Of a stretch of 64,000 nt of DNA, positions 63,651 through 64,000 are shown piece by piece. The stretch covers positions 5,570,722 through 5,634,721 of the forward strand of contig OZ037766.1 of NCBI GenBank assembly GCA_964035545.1. The letters are read 5' to 3'. Origin of the DNA: Bugula neritina (lineage: Eukaryota; Animalia; Bryozoa). The notes under the pieces are model-generated. The model was not told where the DNA came from. It ran no database searches and saw nothing but the letters and a program-made list of their open reading frames with translations. Within the stretch, counting starts at the first letter, position 1. Each line of letters starts with the position of its first letter. Position numbers and translations under genes: made by a program.

Positions 63651-64000
63651 GTATTTCTGTACTTTACTTTGAGAGAAATCTGTATTATATTATACAATAA
63701 CAGATACTGCTGTGTGATGATAAAAATATGATTTCATTAGCTGCTAGTAGTTTAACTAATTTATTGAGTCGGTTTTGTTATTGTTCCACTAGCATGTGAT
63801 TTACAAAGTTACAATCTATTGCTGGTGGTGGGACTAGATCGAATTAAAGAGTCACTGATTTTGAGTAGAAATAACTTTGCCTTTGAGTTTTTGAAACTAT
63901 TATTTATAGGAATTGAAGCTCATAATCTTAGGCTAAAAATTAACTAAGAATTCTTAGGCTTTTCTTTTATTAGAGAAACTTGAAATTATTTTTTGCTAAT

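Overview
AT-rich, intron-containing animal (invertebrate-type) genomic DNA, not prokaryotic. Manual splicing (GT-AG junctions, phases checked) gives nine protein-coding genes. In order: GADD45GIP1/CRIF1 (mL64, -), DNAJB12/14 (+), fascin (+), COX11 (-), COPS5/CSN5 (+), CYHR1/ZFTRAF1 (+), an unassigned type I membrane protein (signal peptide, CUB-like domain, LDLa, TM, Cys-rich tail; +), a divergent voltage-gated Ca2+ channel beta subunit (CACNB, -), and the 5' part of PIGA (+, runs off the window). There may also be a gene 3' end at the window start. Three gene pairs are head-to-head. Introns and intergenic DNA hold a 5'-truncated CR1/L2-like LINE, tRNA-derived SINEs, several MITEs and many minisatellites. 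Most notable: (1) the orphan CUB-LDLa receptor with a heavily glycosylatable insert and a 13-Cys juxtamembrane cluster, tail-to-tail with CACNB; (2) a fascin with Ala at the inhibitory PKC site Ser39 and a candidate 36-nt microexon; (3) a CaV-beta with the GPSLK->GPALK change seen in flatworm variant subunits and a ~300-aa low-complexity tail; (4) 29-bp tandem repeats that multiply 5' splice sites in two genes; (5) a perfect 38-bp-arm palindrome in the COX11/COPS5 divergent promoter. Gene identities rest on remembered family motifs; no database search was run.
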